Assembly (NCBI GenBank): GCA_964234715.1
Contig: OZ174281.1
Length of the DNA stretch: 64,000 nucleotides
Reading direction: 5' to 3' (one strand)
Source of the DNA: Podarcis melisellensis
Lineage: Eukaryota
The notes below the pieces were generated by a model that worked only from the letters and a program-made list of their open reading frames with translations, was not told where the DNA came from and did no database searches. The first letter of the stretch is position 1. Every line of letters starts with the position of its first letter. The position numbers and the translations under genes are program-made. This document shows, piece by piece, positions 63,608 to 64,000 of the stretch.

Positions 63608-64000
63608 CCACATTCAGAAAACCTCAATGTCGCATGCTAAATGGCACATATATTTTCTTACTTATTTCACAGTTTCTTCTGATACTGCTAACTGTGGCAA
63701 GAGCCCATGCAGGGAACTGAGGTCCTGCTCTTGGGTCAGTGGATATCCAGCTCAGGCATTGACCACAGACTTTCAAATTGATTTTCAGTTTTAGGCACTA
63801 GGAAGCTGCTCTTTTAAGAAGGAATACTGAGATTCACAGGATGCTGAATCCTTCACCCAATGTCAGATTCTGTCCTTCTGCAGTTCAGTCACAAAGGACA
63901 CCTACAGCCTTCACTACTTTTCAGAAAGTAGTTACCTTGTGGTAACATGAGACTAGCTTAATATCCCCAAATCGACTTCCTTCTTTATCCATTTATTATT

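Noticed and set aside
1-64000. CRISPR array, prokaryotic operons, rRNA
   Set aside because: The sequence is vertebrate genomic DNA. The repeats are interspersed transposons and microsatellites, with no repeat-spacer periodicity.

Overview
Eukaryotic, AT-rich, repeat-dense genomic DNA from a squamate, most likely a lacertid lizard. The evidence for this is six Sauria SINEs, a tRNA-Lys/CR1-tail SINE, CR1, L2 and L1 remnants, and many Tc1/mariner and hAT MITEs. There is no long coding sequence. The supplied ORFs are almost all repeat-derived or chance. A few short segments with good splice sites may be exons of unidentified genes: plus strand 38407-38461, 50628-50676 and from 54239; minus strand 63095-63226. 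The most notable structure is three short fold-back insertions (8343-8580, 9440-9645, 19841-20055) of a Penelope-like pseudo-LTR. Together they carry four identical minimal type-I hammerhead ribozyme motifs. One copy retains a TATA(-30)/Inr core promoter, and its predicted start site coincides with where most of the inserted arms begin. This suggests a short ribozyme-bearing RNA retrotransposed in trans. No CRISPR array, rRNA or intact tRNA gene was seen. All family names come from recognising sequence hallmarks, not from database searches.
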